DNA from: Paraspadella gotoi
Lineage: Eukaryota; Animalia; Chaetognatha
Direction of reading: 5' to 3'
Length of the DNA: 64,000 bases
Assembly: GCA_051294375.1 (NCBI GenBank)
Contig: CM119270.1
Span: 20,985,775-21,049,774 of the forward strand
The notes below the pieces were generated by a model that had not been told where the DNA came from, did no database searches, and worked only from the letters and a program-made list of their open reading frames with translations. This document shows, piece by piece, positions 60,855 through 64,000 of the stretch (position 1 is its first letter; each line of letters begins with the position of its first letter). The translations under genes were made by a program, and so were the position numbers.

Positions 60855-60985
60855 CAAAAACTAATGTTTGAAATAATGTAAATTTGTTATTTCACTGCTG
60901 ATGAAGACTCGCAATTTAATAATGTCCTACTAAACTCTTACATAATATTGTTGTAAAAAAAAGAAATTTTTGTTAATTCCTTAAA
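60082..60985. mobile_element. Long inverted repeat (~340-bp arms) of the hammerhead-bearing repeat family
   Basis: Arms 60082-60432 and 60651-60985 are reverse complements around a ~220-bp spacer; hammerhead remnants at 60141-60180 (minus) and 60898-60926 (plus). Confidence 0.85.
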
Positions 60986-62399
60986 CCTACAATAAATAAC
61001 AAAAGAGAAAGATCAATTACAATGTTTATATTTTCCTGTAATCCTTCAAGGTGTATCACAGTCATGAACCAGGAGTTCCAATACAATCGATGAAGGAGAT
61101 GATGACAAAAAATTTAAAAATGTCACATTTGTAACATTTTTTTTTAAGGTTTTTTTTTTCAGAATCATTTACTAGTTACTACAACAATCTTTTTTTCTCG
61201 AATGTCATACAACTAATATTTCCGGAAAGGAAATACTAAATTCTATCTTTAACTGAAACCCATGTTTAAAAATTTATTCCGTCTTAGTATTAATTGTATT
61301 TTCAATATGGAGAGGCAGTGCAAGTACAAAAACGTTATTTTTTGCCAATTATTTAGACTTATTTTTAGGTAATCATCATTGGTAAAAGATTTAACAGGAA
61401 TAAAACTATAAATGACCAAAGGACCCGAAATTGGGTTGCCCCCCCTTTAATCTTCATTTTTCCAGTTCATGAAAAACAGGGTTCCAGTCATCTGTCATGA
61501 CCCCAGTAGAGCGTTCATAAATAAGTTGACCAAAGTATGTCAGTTGACCAAATTATGTCAGTTGCCAAAAATTTGCAAGATGACCAAATTATACCAGTTA
61601 ACCAAATTATGCCAGTTGACCAAATTATACCACTTAATTATTGTAGGCCGATCCGACATTGTTTGCTCAAACTTAAGTTGGTCAAAATTTAGAAAAACTA
61701 TAATTTTAAGCCTAAATGGTAAAATTAAACAGAAACAATAGTTTTTTACTTACATAATGATATAATTTGTTAAAATGAATTGTACTTTCTTTTATAAAAT
61801 TTTTGCAAAGAATTCAAATCCGGTTTTAAAATTTCAAAATTTTTATTTTTTCACTTTAGCCTATTTTTTACAACTAATATTTAACAAATATATCTAAAGC
61901 TGTTATTAAAATATTAAATTTTTAAATAAACTAACCAAAATATTTTTATGGGTCTTTATTTTCATATTATGTAAGCTAAATATGAATTTTTACAAATTTT
62001 AATAATTAGAGTTTTTCATACACTACAACGTTTGCGCCATTTTAATATGCTTCAAAATTTGCCATTTCCGACAAAGAAGATGAAATTATACCAAAAAATG
62101 GTTATCATCGTCGAATTCTTCAGACCTTATTACAATGAAATAATAATGAATGGAATTAAATATCTTATATTTTGTTATCTTTAAACGTTCTACCCCCCAG
62201 TCTTCATTTAAGCCTTCTTCCGGTCCAATGCTGTGACGCCGAATTTCGGGCGAAATGCTCTTCGATGCCCCCTTGCCGTCTGACGGAGCAGCGAAGCTCT
62301 CTCGCTCTCTCTCTCTCTCTGGCTGGAAGACTCAGTCAGGATCGGGATCGACAAAAACGACGATAATTTGAACGATGGATTAATTGTTTAAGTTTTCGG

Positions 62400-62512
62400 T
62401 TAGGGATAAGGTTAGTTTAGGGAATAGAGATTAGGGTTAGGGTAAGTGATTAGGGTTAGGGATTAGGGTTAGGGATTAGGGTTAGGAATTAAAGTTAGGT
62501 ATTAGGGTTATC
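62400..62512 (+). repeat. Short degenerate TTAGGG tract
   Basis: ttagggttaggg..gattagggttaggg repeats. Confidence 0.75.
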
Positions 62513-63177
62513 TTTTCCTACGCTTTCTGGCTTGCTGGGTGACTCATCGGTCATGACTCAGGATCAAGATCGACAGAAACGACAACGATAATTTGAATGA
62601 TGGAGGAAGCAGTTGCGACGGTGAGAGCAACAACAAAAAGAGTGACGCATAAAGCGACGATGGAAGCAGCAAAAGATACGAGTTTTGTGCGTGTGTTTGA
62701 GTCCGCTGCTTCAGGAGCCGCAGCAAGGGGGCATCGATGGAAAAAAAAAACTTTTATTCCTGTTAAATATTTTAATTTAAAAATAAGTCAAAATATTTGT
62801 ACTTGCACTGCCTCTCCATAGTGAAAATATAATTACTACTTATACTACTCACAGTGCATGCGATGACTTTTAAAGAATTATTCCGTTTTTTCTTGTCAAA
62901 TACTTTTTTCTAATTGATTAATTAATTTAAACGTCACTGATTTTTTAGTAGACACATAATGCCATAACTTTTTTTCTAATTTATGTCTTTTTATTTCTAA
63001 AACTTTACAGGAACAAATATTTACCTAGTGATGTAGTGATATCAGATTTAACAATATTTAAAAAGTTTTAAAATTTATGACTAATTGTACCATACATAGC
63101 CCGTGAGATGAAAAAAGAAAATGAGATTGGAAATTTGGATCAGGAAATTGGATTAAGGATTATATATTAGAGTTTAT

Positions 63178-63445
63178 GTTAGGGTTAGGTATTAAGGTCA
63201 AGGGTTAGAGATTAGATTAGGGTTAGGTATTAAGGTCAAGGGTTAGAGATTAGATTAGGGTTAGGTATTAAGGTCAAGGGTTAGAGATTAGATTAGGGTT
63301 AGATATTAAGGTCAAGGGTTCGAGATTAGATTAGGGTTAGGTATTAAGGTCAAGGGTTAGGGATTAGGTTAGGCTTAGGTATTAAGGTCAAGGGTTAGGG
63401 ATTAGGTTAGGCTTAGGTATTAAGGTCAAGGATTAAGGTTAGAGA
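63178..63445 (+). repeat. 38-bp minisatellite containing TTAGGG/TTAGG
   Basis: About 6.5 copies of ggttaggtattaaggtcaagggttagagattagattag. Confidence 0.9.
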
Positions 63446-64000
63446 TCATGGTTAAGCAATAGTTTAAGTATTTCGTAAGAGATTAGGGTTAAATATCTTT
63501 ATTAAAATTAAGTTCGACGATGATGAACTTTATTTGTGCTATTTGTTTTGGCTCACATCTTGCAAATAATAAAACTTCCCGTACAATTTTTTTATTATTT
63601 TATATGATGAATGAAAGTCGTCAAAACTATCACCAGATGACGCATCGATGCGCGGGCGCCATTTCGCTTCCGGTCTGACAACCGAACGCCGATTGAAAAT
63701 CAGCGAGAAGAGAAGGCGGCGCCACGGCGCGAATTTTATTCGGGGAATGAGTATCCGTTTTGATGTAGTACTCCAGCATCTGGGGCTGGAGTTTTTGACA
63801 GTAGCTCTGAGAAAGATGGGAAGACGTGGGACGGGGGAGAGTTTATGACCAGTTTTGAGTAAAATGAATATATTTTAAAATAAATATAGTCGCCTACAGA
63901 CTCAAGTCTTGAGTTTTACAACTAAAAAAAATCTTAAAAGCATAAGGATCGTCGCAATCGCATAGAAAATCAGGATTGACGACAAATTTTGATACTAGGC

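Noticed and set aside
62400-63445. True telomere
   Set aside because: TTAGGG units are few, degenerate, embedded in longer repeat units and internal to the scaffold.

Overview
Eukaryotic, probably invertebrate animal, draft sequence: AT-rich, with spliceosomal introns, many (GA)n/(CT)n tracts, N gaps and frequent 1-bp indels that look like long-read error. Genes built by hand: a 6-exon SLC22/MFS transporter (minus, 19382-24888) with a partial upstream duplicate; a complete 14-exon TTC26/IFT56 (minus, 26103-41693); a head-to-head TPR-like gene (plus, 42924-55476); and three paralogous multipass membrane genes with XK-related motifs, two of them nested antisense in ~8 kb introns. Two unusual themes stand out. 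(1) In three unrelated genes, introns carry tandem copies of their own splice junction (up to 11 copies, with adjacent exon sequence); in the SLC22 gene each copy's branch-point region is a 10-nt complement of the intron's 5' splice site. (2) A Penelope-type minimal hammerhead ribozyme repeat family occurs as inverted pairs, one bracketing the intron that hosts a nested XK-like gene. All family assignments rest on recalled motifs; no database search was run.
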